Assembly (NCBI GenBank): GCA_041494945.1
Contig: JBGQBP010000002.1
Location: 1 to 47,954, forward strand
Direction of reading: 5' to 3'
From: Candidatus Binatia bacterium
GTDB lineage: Bacteria; Desulfobacterota; Binatia; UBA9968
DNA: 47,954 nucleotides
Shown in pieces: positions 1 to 8,777 of the stretch (its first letter is position 1; each line of letters opens with the position of its first letter). Under the pieces are notes generated by a model. It saw only the letters and a program-made list of their open reading frames with translations. It ran no database searches and was not told the DNA's origin. Both the position numbers and the translations under genes were made by a program.

Positions 1-161
1 CTCGGTGGCGTCGAGACGACGACCGTGCCTTCCTTTTTGGCCGCTTCGACAATTTTTTCCCACTCGGCCGGCGCGCCGGGTTTGCCCGTCTGCGCCGATG
101 CGGTCGCGACCAGCAGAAAAATGCTTGCGACCATCCAACCACGAGTCAGGTTTGCTCTCAT
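1..161 (-). CDS. ABC transporter solute-binding protein, N-terminal part (runs off the window)
   Basis: Not in the ORF track. The minus strand reads AGGAG RBS then MRANLTRGWMVASIFLLVATASAQTGKPGAPAEWEKIVEAAKKEGTVVVSTPP: a signal peptide plus the same W..AKKEG.VV.S motif as the SBPs at 1608 and 5447. Confidence 0.85.
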   Translation of the reverse strand, partial: MRANLTRGWMVASIFLLVATASAQTGKPGAPAEWEKIVEAAKKEGTVVVSTPP

Positions 162-181
162 GTCCACTCCTGACGATCGAT

Positions 182-1597
182 TCACTTCTTCAGCGCGTGG
201 CCGTACTTCTGCAAAACCTTTTCCTTGAGCTCTTTGCTTGCGCCGGAGACCGGCGGAAAATCTTTCATCCATTCGTACGGGCGGCAGGCGTCGATGATGG
301 CGCGCGAGCTGAAACCTTTTTCCGCGCGCGGGATGATGGGATCGAGCGGCCCGCTCCAGCAGCGGCGCACGATGTCGATCGATTTTTCCGGATCGACGCG
401 CGTACAGATAGCCCAGAGAACGTCGTTGATGTCGGAAACGTCGATGTCTTCATCGACGACGACGGAATAGCGGCTCAAGTACGCGCCGGTCTGGCACTGG
501 CCGGCGATGATTGCCGCCTGCTTGGCGTGGCCCGGATAGCGCTGCTTGATCGAGATCGCCGTGAAGAAGCGATTCTGATGACAGGCGACGCCGCGCACGT
601 CCGGCACGCCCGCCTTGTCCAACGAATCCCAGATAAACGCCGCGCGCAGCAACGCGGAGCAACTATCGGCGCCGGCCTGCGGGCGAAACGGCGGCGCGCC
701 GGTGATGATCGGATCGTTGCGGTGCATGAAGGATTGGATTTTCAACACCGGCTCTTTTCTCTCGCCGCTGGCGTAGTAACCGGTCCACTCGCCGAACGGC
801 CCTTCTTCCTTCAACTCCTCGGGCGAGACCTCGCCCTCGATCGCGACTTCCGCTGCGGCCGGAATCGGCAGGCCGGTAAACTCGCCGCGGATCACGTCGA
901 TCGGCGCGCCTTTAATGCCGCCGGCGTAGTCCAGCTCCTGAGACCCCCACGGAAGCGCGCGCGCCGCGAGCAGAAAAAGCAGCGGGTCCTCGCCGAAAGC
1001 CATCGCCACTTTGAGCGGCTTGCCGCGGTCGAAATTTTTTTGCCGGTGAATGCGCGCGTGCTTGCCCGGCGAGATGTAAAGCGCGAGATGGTCGCGGTCG
1101 TGGACCATCACGCGATAGACGCCCATGTTGATCCAGCCCTCGTCCGGGTCTTGCGTGATGACCACGTGCGCCGTGCCGATATAGCGTCCGCCGTCGCGGT
1201 CGTGCCAGCGCGGCACCGGCAGCTTCAAGATGTCGATATCTTTTCCGGTAAAAACATTTTCGAGCACCGGACCGTGATCGACGTAGCGCGGCGGAATCAA
1301 TGTGGGACTGTTGAGACGCCCCTTCCACGCCGCGATGAATTCGTCGCGCGTGATGTCGATCGGCAGATTGGTCGTCAGCGCCGCGCGCTTGAGCGATTCG
1401 ATCATGCCCACCAGCACGCGGTAGCCCGCGGGATAGTCTTTGATGCGGTCGAACAGCAGGGCCGAGCAGTTTGTGCCGCGTCCCGCCACTTCGGTCAGCG
1501 CGCCGATCTCGAGATCCCAATCCACGCCGTCGATGCGCGACAGCTCGCCCATTTGATCGACTTGCTCGATCCATTCGCGTAAATCCGTGTAACTCAT
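182..1597 (-). CDS. UbiD-family prenylated-FMN-dependent (de)carboxylase
   Basis: Start moved to MSYTDLREW (ATG 1597, GAAGGAG RBS). Motifs DLREW, LLFDRIKDY, DGGRYIGT, NMGVYR, EEGPFGEWTGYY, VVVDEDID, IIDAC. Confidence 0.93.
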   Translation of the reverse strand: MSYTDLREWIEQVDQMGELSRIDGVDWDLEIGALTEVAGRGTNCSALLFDRIKDYPAGYRVLVGMIESLKRAALTTNLPIDITRDEFIAAWKGRLNSPTLIPPRYVDHGPVLENVFTGKDIDILKLPVPRWHDRDGGRYIGTAHVVITQDPDEGWINMGVYRVMVHDRDHLALYISPGKHARIHRQKNFDRGKPLKVAMAFGEDPLLFLLAARALPWGSQELDYAGGIKGAPIDVIRGEFTGLPIPAAAEVAIEGEVSPEELKEEGPFGEWTGYYASGERKEPVLKIQSFMHRNDPIITGAPPFRPQAGADSCSALLRAAFIWDSLDKAGVPDVRGVACHQNRFFTAISIKQRYPGHAKQAAIIAGQCQTGAYLSRYSVVVDEDIDVSDINDVLWAICTRVDPEKSIDIVRRCWSGPLDPIIPRAEKGFSSRAIIDACRPYEWMKDFPPVSGASKELKEKVLQKYGHALKK

Positions 1598-1607
1598 TTT
1601 ATCTCCT

Positions 1608-2729
1608 TCAATCCAAAAGCTTGCGCGCAAGATCCGCGCCCGGGTCGCGCGACTCGTAAACTTTTTTCTCCGACTGATTTTCCAGCTTGTAATACTGATC
1701 TAACGTGATCGCGTCCTTGGCAGCGGTCACGCCGACGGCTTTGAGCGCGCGCGTGTCGACGTCGAGCCGCCGCGTCGCCTGACCCAGCGCCTGCGAAAAA
1801 ATTTCCTGGCCCTCTTTCCCGAGCAACCAATTGACGAAGACTTTGGTCGCGTTCGGATGCGGCGGGTTCTTGATGATGATCAGGTGGCCGCTGCCGCCGC
1901 TCACGTAGATGCCTTCGCGAGGGGTGGGCAGGGGCTTCACCGGCAGACCGGCTTTGACGAACGGAGCGACCGAGTAATAAGTGATCCCGATGACCAGGCT
2001 CATCTTTCCCTTGGCGAGATTTTCCGAGAGCAATCGCTGATCGCGCCCCACCTGCAATTTCTGTGCGACGAGCTTTTTCAGATACTCTTCGCCCTTCACG
2101 TCCCGCAGGTACGACCACATCGACGCGCCCGAGCCGGGCGTGCGCGGGTCGAGGATGCCGATCTTTGCTTGCCATTTGGGATTGAGAAGATCGTCGAGAG
2201 AGCGGATCTCCTCCGGCTTCATGAGATCGGTGTTGTACCAGAGATTCTCGGTCTGATAGGCCTGAAAGGCATAAATGAAGCGCTTCGCGTTGTCGATCCA
2301 GATATGTCCGCCCCACCAGTTCTTCGGATCTTTGACCTGCGGCAGCATCATGTACGGCTCGATCGGCTCGATAATATTTTCCGGCAGAACGCCCGTGACG
2401 ATCGATTCACTGCCGCCGATGTGGACGTCGAAATAGCTGATGCCGGCCTTGCTCTCCTCTATGATTCTTCTTGTGACCGCGGGGCCGCGTGCCGGCACCG
2501 ATTCGACGGCGATGCCGAAGCGCTTCTTGAAGCCGTCCTCCAACGCTTGTCTGAGCTCGCTCGATGCCGGAATCGAGATGACGATCTTGCCTTCCTTCTT
2601 CGCCAGATCGATCGCCCGCTCCCACGCCACTTGCCACGCCGGCTTGGCGGTTTGGGAAAACGGGGCGGAAGTGAAAGCCGCTTCGATCACGATCAAAATT
2701 GCCGCGAGGAGAAAAAATCTTTTTGTCAT
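1608..2729 (-). CDS. ABC solute-binding protein (Fe3+/thiamine/polyamine-like SBP family)
   Basis: Signal peptide, AKKEGK, DDLLNPKW, PPHPNATKVFVNWLLGKEGQ. Close paralog of 5447..6559. Confidence 0.9.
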   Translation of the reverse strand: MTKRFFLLAAILIVIEAAFTSAPFSQTAKPAWQVAWERAIDLAKKEGKIVISIPASSELRQALEDGFKKRFGIAVESVPARGPAVTRRIIEESKAGISYFDVHIGGSESIVTGVLPENIIEPIEPYMMLPQVKDPKNWWGGHIWIDNAKRFIYAFQAYQTENLWYNTDLMKPEEIRSLDDLLNPKWQAKIGILDPRTPGSGASMWSYLRDVKGEEYLKKLVAQKLQVGRDQRLLSENLAKGKMSLVIGITYYSVAPFVKAGLPVKPLPTPREGIYVSGGSGHLIIIKNPPHPNATKVFVNWLLGKEGQEIFSQALGQATRRLDVDTRALKAVGVTAAKDAITLDQYYKLENQSEKKVYESRDPGADLARKLLD

Positions 2730-2744
2730 GTAGTCTCTTTCGTT

Positions 2745-3854
2745 CTACAAACCGCGATAGGCGAGCGGCGGCATCTCCATCGCGACGCCGGTTTTTTTCA
2801 GCGCCGCTTCGTAGTCGCGCCGGATCTGAGGGTCCTCGTCCTCATATTCGAGCAAGGTCCCGCCCTCGCGCGTATTGGTGCGCACGCCCTCGCGATTGAG
2901 CGCCTTGCCGATGCCGAGAAGATATTTGCCCGACTGCCCGCTATAGCGAAACGCCAGCTGCCGCGCCTTTTCGTTTCCTGTGTTGAAGTGCTGGTGAAAC
3001 CATCCGGTCGGCGGGCTGACGACGCTGCCTTCGCGCCAATCGACTTTGACGATCTGGCTCTGGCGTTTTGTTTGATAAGGCCGCTCGCCCGTCTCTTGCG
3101 GCCACATCAGCGTATAGCCCTCCGAGCGTAGGATTAACAGAATCGCGCCGCCCTGATGGAAATGCGCTTTGTGATAACGGCCGACCGGCCATTCGGCGAT
3201 GTGTCCCACCAGGGTGCTCCCGCCCATGTCGAAGCTCGTGATGCGCACGCCGGAGCCTTTGGCTTCCGAAGGATCGACGAGCGCGCTGCGCGCGTCGGCG
3301 ATGAAGTTGGTTTCCCAAGACACGAATCCGCCGCGTTCTTCTCTCTTATTGGCGGTGACGAAATAATCCGTCCTACCGTCGAATCTCTGATCGAAGGCGT
3401 AATCGCAGCCGAAGATAAAATTTTCGTCGTGCAATAGATCCATCATCATCGGCGCGCTGGTGACGGAGAGAAGGAGGACGGGCTCCCGGCTGCCGTTATG
3501 GAGCCTGTGCCAGCAGTTGAGCGGAACGGCGAACAGGCTCCCTTGCTGCCATTCGAAGTGGAGCTTCGCCTTTTCATTGTTTCCGCTCCAGACCTCGGTC
3601 GAGCCGGCGCCTTGAAGCACGTAGATCAGCTCTTCGTAGAGATGTTTTTCCGGATTGAGCGCCCCCGCCGGCGGAATCTCGCCGACGTACATCCCGGTAA
3701 AGCCCTCCATGCCTCTGAGTTGGATGAACGCGCCTTTGCCGCCGGTACGCGCCCACGGCTTCAGCGGGAGCTCGCCGACGTCTTCAACGCCGTAGGCTTC
3801 GACGATCGGGATGCCTTCTCGTTTGATCCACGCTTCGTACGTTGTATCGGGCAT
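2745..3854 (-). CDS. Bicupin protein (two cupin domains, gentisate-dioxygenase-like fold, substrate unknown)
   Basis: Start moved to MPDTTYEAW (ATG 3854, just after the UbiD stop). Cupin motifs EKHLYEELIYVLQGAG...PLNCWHRLHN and HKAHFH...PPTGWFHQHFN. Confidence 0.85.
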   Translation of the reverse strand: MPDTTYEAWIKREGIPIVEAYGVEDVGELPLKPWARTGGKGAFIQLRGMEGFTGMYVGEIPPAGALNPEKHLYEELIYVLQGAGSTEVWSGNNEKAKLHFEWQQGSLFAVPLNCWHRLHNGSREPVLLLSVTSAPMMMDLLHDENFIFGCDYAFDQRFDGRTDYFVTANKREERGGFVSWETNFIADARSALVDPSEAKGSGVRITSFDMGGSTLVGHIAEWPVGRYHKAHFHQGGAILLILRSEGYTLMWPQETGERPYQTKRQSQIVKVDWREGSVVSPPTGWFHQHFNTGNEKARQLAFRYSGQSGKYLLGIGKALNREGVRTNTREGGTLLEYEDEDPQIRRDYEAALKKTGVAMEMPPLAYRGL

Positions 3855-3858
3855 GACT

Positions 3859-5439
3859 CTACTTTGTCTTGTTCGCCTCAGAAGGAAAGTAATCACCGCC
3901 CACCACCGCCTCGGCCTGTTCATCGTCCTTTGCGGTCCAGAGACCGAGCGCGTAGCCGTACCACGGAGTTTTCAATTTCAGCTCCGGCAATCCTTCCTGT
4001 TTCCAAATCTCCAGCGCCTGTTCCATGAAGCGCCGCTTCGGCAGGCCGACGGGCGGATAGGGACCCTTGCGCGTCGCGTCGATCAGCATTCCCGAGCAGC
4101 CGACGGGCGGCGGAAAGCTGCGGTCCTCCGGTTTGGTCATCAAAGGATGAGCCGAAGGATCGAGCAGCGGCACGCGGCCGGTAGTGATCTGGACATCGCG
4201 ATGCGGCTGCATGGCGAAGCTCATCGCCCACATGACCATCTCAGGATCTTTGGGATCGATGTCTTCATCGACGGCGATGATGACTTTATTGGTCGTGCCC
4301 ATGCTGGCCGCGGCATGAAGCACCTGCTGCGGTTTGCTCGGATGACTCTTCTTCATGCGAATGACCCACCAGTTCCAGCCGCCGCCCATCTCCGGACAGC
4401 TCACCTCCAACACTTCGGGAATGCCGCAACCGTACTTGAGATAGTTGTCCAGCATCATCTCGCGGCAGGTGCGCGAGATCCCGTTCGACTCGCTGGGCGG
4501 CAGTCCCACGAGAATCGCAGGAAAGATCGCGCCGCGTCTGCAAGTGATCGCCGTGACCTTGACCACCTGTTTGCTGGCGTGCTCCGCCATCAAATAGCCG
4601 GGATAGTCGCTGAAGGCCATCTCTCGGGCCGACGTTTCGGTCGAAAGCTCGCCTTCGATAACGATTTCCGCCTCCGCGGGCACTTCCAGCGGAATCGTTT
4701 TGCAGCGCACCAGTTCAACCGGCCGGTTTCGAATCGCGCCTGCGACCGAAAGCTCGTCGAGGCCATAGGGAATATTCGCGGCGGCGACGTACGCGATGTC
4801 GGGAAGAGCGCCCAAACATACGGCAACCGGCAAAGCTTCGCTCCGCCGGCGCGCAACGGGAAAATGATAAAGCATGGCGTCGTGGATGCGCGCGATGCCC
4901 GCCAGGAAGCGGTCCGGTCCGTAAAAATGGCCGCTGTACATGCCGACGTTGCGCATGCCGGTTTCGGCGTCTTTCGTGATGAAGGGCCCGGTCACGCGGA
5001 TGGCGCCGCTGAAGCCCGGCTCCTCCACCGGAGCGGGTAGCATGGTCAAGCCGATCTTTTCCAATTCGGCGCCGGTGTGGACTTCCTCCTGGACTTGGCC
5101 GCGTTCGACCACAACGGGCGCGATCGGGTGCGTCACCGCGTGGTGCCACTTCTCGTAAATCTCTTGAGGGTCTTCGCAGCCCAGGCCAAGCCCGATGATG
5201 CTGCGCGACGAGCCGTACATGCCGGTGACGACCTTCATCTCGTAACGGTTCTCCTTCGCGCCGGTGACGTTCTCGAACAGAAACGCCTGGCGCGATTCGT
5301 CGGACCGCCCGCGATATTGCAGGCGCATGAGCGGCATCAGCTCGCTGTCTTTGTTGACTGGGCGCGACCAGCGGTAGAGCTTGCCGCGTTTTTCGAGATC
5401 GACAAGAAATGCGCGAAGATCAGAGTAGTAAGGCTGCAT
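3859..5439 (-). CDS. UbiD-family (de)carboxylase, divergent
   Basis: DLRAFL, AFLFENV, VPAEAEIVIEGE, EMAFSDYPGY, IAVDEDIDP, MLIDAT. Confidence 0.9.
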   Translation of the reverse strand: MQPYYSDLRAFLVDLEKRGKLYRWSRPVNKDSELMPLMRLQYRGRSDESRQAFLFENVTGAKENRYEMKVVTGMYGSSRSIIGLGLGCEDPQEIYEKWHHAVTHPIAPVVVERGQVQEEVHTGAELEKIGLTMLPAPVEEPGFSGAIRVTGPFITKDAETGMRNVGMYSGHFYGPDRFLAGIARIHDAMLYHFPVARRRSEALPVAVCLGALPDIAYVAAANIPYGLDELSVAGAIRNRPVELVRCKTIPLEVPAEAEIVIEGELSTETSAREMAFSDYPGYLMAEHASKQVVKVTAITCRRGAIFPAILVGLPPSESNGISRTCREMMLDNYLKYGCGIPEVLEVSCPEMGGGWNWWVIRMKKSHPSKPQQVLHAAASMGTTNKVIIAVDEDIDPKDPEMVMWAMSFAMQPHRDVQITTGRVPLLDPSAHPLMTKPEDRSFPPPVGCSGMLIDATRKGPYPPVGLPKRRFMEQALEIWKQEGLPELKLKTPWYGYALGLWTAKDDEQAEAVVGGDYFPSEANKTK

Positions 5440-5446
5440 TAAAACC

Positions 5447-6559
5447 TCAGTCCAGTATCTTGTTGGCGAACTTAATCGCCGGCTCGCGAACTTTTTCCAA
5501 CTTTTCCTCGGACTGGTTTTCCACTTCCAGGTAATCCTTGACCGAGAGTTTGTCCTTTGCCGGTATGACGCCGTATTCTCTCAGCCACTTGGTCTCCACA
5601 TCGAGACGGCGCGTGGCCTGGCCCAACGCCTTGGTCGTGATCTCCTGGCCTTCTTTTCCGAGAAGCCAATTGACGAAGACTTTGGTGGCGTTCGGGTGGG
5701 GAGGATTCTTGATGATCGCAATATTGCCGCTGCCGCCGGTGCCGTAAGTTCCCTCTTTGAGAGGAGGAACCGGTTTGACCGGAAGACCGGCGTTGACGAA
5801 CGGCAAGAGCGAGTAGTAGGTCAGGCCGATCACGACAGCGATCTTTCCCTTGGCGAGACTCTCGCCCAGCACGCGCTGGTCGCGTCCGATGACCAGGTTC
5901 TGGGCTGCGAGCTTCTTGAGGTAGTCTTCGCCTTTCACCAACCATATATACGCCCAGTTCGAATCGCCGGCGCCGGGCGTGCGCGGGTCGAGTATCCCGA
6001 GCTTGCCGCGCCATTTGGGATTGAGCAGATCGTCGTAGGAGCGGAACTCTTCGGCCTTGGCGAGGCTCTCGTTGCGCCACATGCTCTCAGTGAGATAGGC
6101 CTGAAAGGTGTAAATGTAACGCTTTGCCTTGTCCACCCACATATGGCCGCCCCACCAGTTTTTCGGATCTTTAACTTCGGGCAGAATCAGATAAGGCTCG
6201 AACGGCTCCAGAACGCCTTCGTCGAGCAGGCCGCTGACGACGGAGTTCGAGCCGCCGATGTGAATGTCAAAATTGCGCACGCCGGCCTTCGATTCCTCGG
6301 CGATCCTTCGGATGATCACGCTGCCGCGCGCGGGCACAAGTTCGAGATCGATTCCGTAGCGTTTTTTGAAGGTTTCCTCCGCGAGCTTTCTCAGCTCGGC
6401 GCTCGCCGGAATCGAGACGACGACTTTGCCTTCCTTCTTTGCCAGCTCCAGAGTCCTGTCCCACTCGGTCTTCGAACCGGCGGCTTGCGCGAAGGCCAAG
6501 CTCTCAAGCGCGAGCAAAAAACATGCGGTCGCAAGGAAAATACATCGCCATGGTTTCAT
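5447..6559 (-). CDS. ABC solute-binding protein
   Basis: Start moved to MKPWRCIF (ATG 6559, GGAGGGG RBS). Signal peptide, AKKEGKVVVSIPAS, PPHPNATKVFVNWLLGKEGQ. Confidence 0.9.
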   Translation of the reverse strand: MKPWRCIFLATACFLLALESLAFAQAAGSKTEWDRTLELAKKEGKVVVSIPASAELRKLAEETFKKRYGIDLELVPARGSVIIRRIAEESKAGVRNFDIHIGGSNSVVSGLLDEGVLEPFEPYLILPEVKDPKNWWGGHMWVDKAKRYIYTFQAYLTESMWRNESLAKAEEFRSYDDLLNPKWRGKLGILDPRTPGAGDSNWAYIWLVKGEDYLKKLAAQNLVIGRDQRVLGESLAKGKIAVVIGLTYYSLLPFVNAGLPVKPVPPLKEGTYGTGGSGNIAIIKNPPHPNATKVFVNWLLGKEGQEITTKALGQATRRLDVETKWLREYGVIPAKDKLSVKDYLEVENQSEEKLEKVREPAIKFANKILD

Positions 6560-6590
6560 AGCCCCTCCATCGAATGCTTTACAAATTGAA

Positions 6591-6619
6591 GTTTTATACA
6601 TGAAGGATCTGCCTGTCAA
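6591..6619 (-). promoter_or_regulatory. Candidate sigma70 promoter of the SBP/UbiD/cupin operon
   Basis: TTGACA (6619-6614), 17 nt, TAAAAC within TGTATAAAACT, about 30 nt upstream of ATG 6559. Confidence 0.5.
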
Positions 6620-6690
6620 CACTTCTCCTGGGAAAAGGACGATAGGTTTCACTCTCCGACTTTCATGTGTTAGCCTTTAGACTTTGTGCC

Positions 6691-8271
6691 ATGCCTTATG
6701 AGATATCGGAGACCGATTTGACGACTGCTTCACGCGATCAAGGCCGGGTGCGCGGCTTGTTGTTGCTGTTTTCACCGGCCGTGTTGAGCGGCGCGATGGT
6801 GGCGGCGCCATTTGTCTATCCTAGTTTTTTTCCCTTGACGTGGATTTCCCTTGTCCCGCTGCTCTGGTCCATTGGGAGAGTTCGGCGCCCGCGGCAGGCT
6901 TTTTTTCTCGCCTGGCTATTCGGCGCGACGGCGCACTTATTGGGCTTTTATTGGATCGAGCATACGGCGAGAGTCTTCGGCGGCTTTCCTCACGGTCTTA
7001 GCGAAATCGTTCTGCTGCTTTTTGCCGTCCTCGCTTCTCTTTCGATCGCGCTCTTCGGTTTGCTTACGTTCGTATGCGGCTTGGGTCCGCTACAGCTTTT
7101 TCCGGCGCTTCTCTGGGTGGCCATCGAGTTTTTATTCCCGCAGCTCTTCCCCTGGCACCTGGCGAACAGCCAGTCTCAGTTTCTCACGCTCATCCAGTCG
7201 GCCGATCTCATCGGGCTATACGGCGTGAGTTTTCTCCTCGTGTGGTTTAACTCGCTGGTTTATGCCGTCTGCTTCTCCCGGGAGCGTGGACCCCGGAGCT
7301 TCATGGTAAGCGCCGCCGTTCTGAGCGTCGCGCTGATCGGCAATCTTATCTACGGCCATTTCAGGTTGAACAGTGTGGCGGCGGAGATGAGCGCCGCACG
7401 CACGCTCGATGTCGCCGCGGTTCAGGGAAGCATCGATATCAAGCGTAAGTGGAATATCGCTTATCTCGAGAGCAATTTGAAATCCTATCTCGATCTGACA
7501 GGGAACGTGCCGAACGCGAAATTGTATCTATGGCCGGAGAGCGCGATCGAGGACTGGGTGCCGGAAGATATGGAGAGACTGCCCGCGGAAATCGTCCCGA
7601 CTTTGCCGCCGGGGAGCTCGCTCGTCTTCGGCGCGCGGAGCTTCATCGGTATGCCGGACTCGCCCGACATGAAGGCGTTCAACAGCGCTTTCCTGATCGA
7701 TTCCGAGGGGCAGGTTCACGGACGCTATCACAAGCAGGTGCTGCTCGCCTTCGGCGAATACATTCCCTTTGCGCCGATCCTCTCGAAAGTTCCCGGCATG
7801 CCGCCCGTCGGAGAAGGCTTTTCGCGCGGCGCCGGTCCGGTTACGCTCGATCTGCCCGGCGGCATCAAAGTCGCGCCGCTCATTTGCTACGAAGATATCA
7901 TGCCCGAGTTGGCGCGGGGATTTGTCAAAGAGAAGGGCGCTAACCTGCTCGTCAACCTTACGAACGACGCGTGGTTCGGCGATACCGTTGCTCCCTGGCT
8001 GCACGCGCGCCTCGCGCAGTGGCGCGCCATCGAGACGAGACGCAGCCTCGTGCGCGTCACCAATACCGGCCTGACGACGATCATCAATCCAAAAGGCGAG
8101 ATGCTCGACACGCTCCCGCTCTTTGCTCCCGGAGTGCTGACGGCAAAAGTTGAAATTATGGAAGGCGAAACGCCTTACGTGCGATATGGCGATTGGTTCG
8201 CGTGGATGCTGGTAGCGGGATCTATTCTTATACTGCTGAGATGCCGGAGGCTGCGCGCGCCTGCGCGTTAG
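6691..8271 (+). CDS. lnt: Apolipoprotein N-acyltransferase
   Basis: N-terminal TM helices with FYWI and FPW, and a nitrilase-fold triad WPES, KQVLLAFGEYIP, ICYED, plus NLTNDAWFG and RAIE. The start (6667 GTG or 6691 ATG) is uncertain. Confidence 0.95.
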   Translation: MPYEISETDLTTASRDQGRVRGLLLLFSPAVLSGAMVAAPFVYPSFFPLTWISLVPLLWSIGRVRRPRQAFFLAWLFGATAHLLGFYWIEHTARVFGGFPHGLSEIVLLLFAVLASLSIALFGLLTFVCGLGPLQLFPALLWVAIEFLFPQLFPWHLANSQSQFLTLIQSADLIGLYGVSFLLVWFNSLVYAVCFSRERGPRSFMVSAAVLSVALIGNLIYGHFRLNSVAAEMSAARTLDVAAVQGSIDIKRKWNIAYLESNLKSYLDLTGNVPNAKLYLWPESAIEDWVPEDMERLPAEIVPTLPPGSSLVFGARSFIGMPDSPDMKAFNSAFLIDSEGQVHGRYHKQVLLAFGEYIPFAPILSKVPGMPPVGEGFSRGAGPVTLDLPGGIKVAPLICYEDIMPELARGFVKEKGANLLVNLTNDAWFGDTVAPWLHARLAQWRAIETRRSLVRVTNTGLTTIINPKGEMLDTLPLFAPGVLTAKVEIMEGETPYVRYGDWFAWMLVAGSILILLRCRRLRAPAR

Positions 8272-8280
8272 CTCCGAATA

Positions 8281-8769
8281 TTAATTTCCGCCTTTTTTCC
8301 TTCTCCGATGCATCTCTGAAAAAAGACGGTAGAAGGATGCCACGCTGCGTTCTTCTATCTCGGGGTGACCTTGATCCGCTTGGTAAACAAGGGTTACCGT
8401 TTTTCGGTTCTTTTGAAGCTGTAACAAGCGCGCGTCTTTCCTGTCGAGATAGGCTCCTACGGTACGCAGAAAAGTCGATAGTCTGTGAAAATCCGGGGTC
8501 CTATCGGGGGCGCTGCGCCTTTTTCTCCCCTTATATTCCAGCTTCGCTATATCGTCGATGGTGTAGCTTATTTTGAAAGCGCTGTTGCGTATGAGCCGGC
8601 GTCCTTGCCATTTCGCCAGCAACGCTTGGAGCGCTGTAACCTTATCCGGATCTCCGCTTACAATATAAGTCTCGCCGGAGCTCTTGACGTCGACAACTTT
8701 AAATTCCTGGCCTTCGAGGGCTTGGCCGATAGCCCGAAGCGCGCGGTCATACGACGTGTCTTTATTCAT
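8281..8769 (-). CDS. Hypothetical basic protein with an internal two-fold repeat
   Basis: Start moved to MNKDTSYDRALR (ATG 8769, just after the M24 stop). 162 aa; LRAIGQALE and LRTVGAYLD repeat. Confidence 0.7.
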   Translation of the reverse strand: MNKDTSYDRALRAIGQALEGQEFKVVDVKSSGETYIVSGDPDKVTALQALLAKWQGRRLIRNSAFKISYTIDDIAKLEYKGRKRRSAPDRTPDFHRLSTFLRTVGAYLDRKDARLLQLQKNRKTVTLVYQADQGHPEIEERSVASFYRLFSEMHRRRKKGGN

Positions 8770-8777
8770 TGTAGCGC

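Noticed and set aside
5-1582. Long antisense or alternate-frame ORFs (e.g. 5..1582, 1857..3131, 3811..5040, 11753..13327, 14251..15537, 32118..34352)
   Set aside because: They overlap genes with clear family motifs and are Arg/Ala-rich shadows typical of high-GC coding DNA.
182-5439. Ubiquinone/menaquinone biosynthesis ubiD gene symbol
   Set aside because: There are no ubi or mqn neighbours, and multiple divergent paralogs sit in a transport/catabolic context, so only family-level calls were made.
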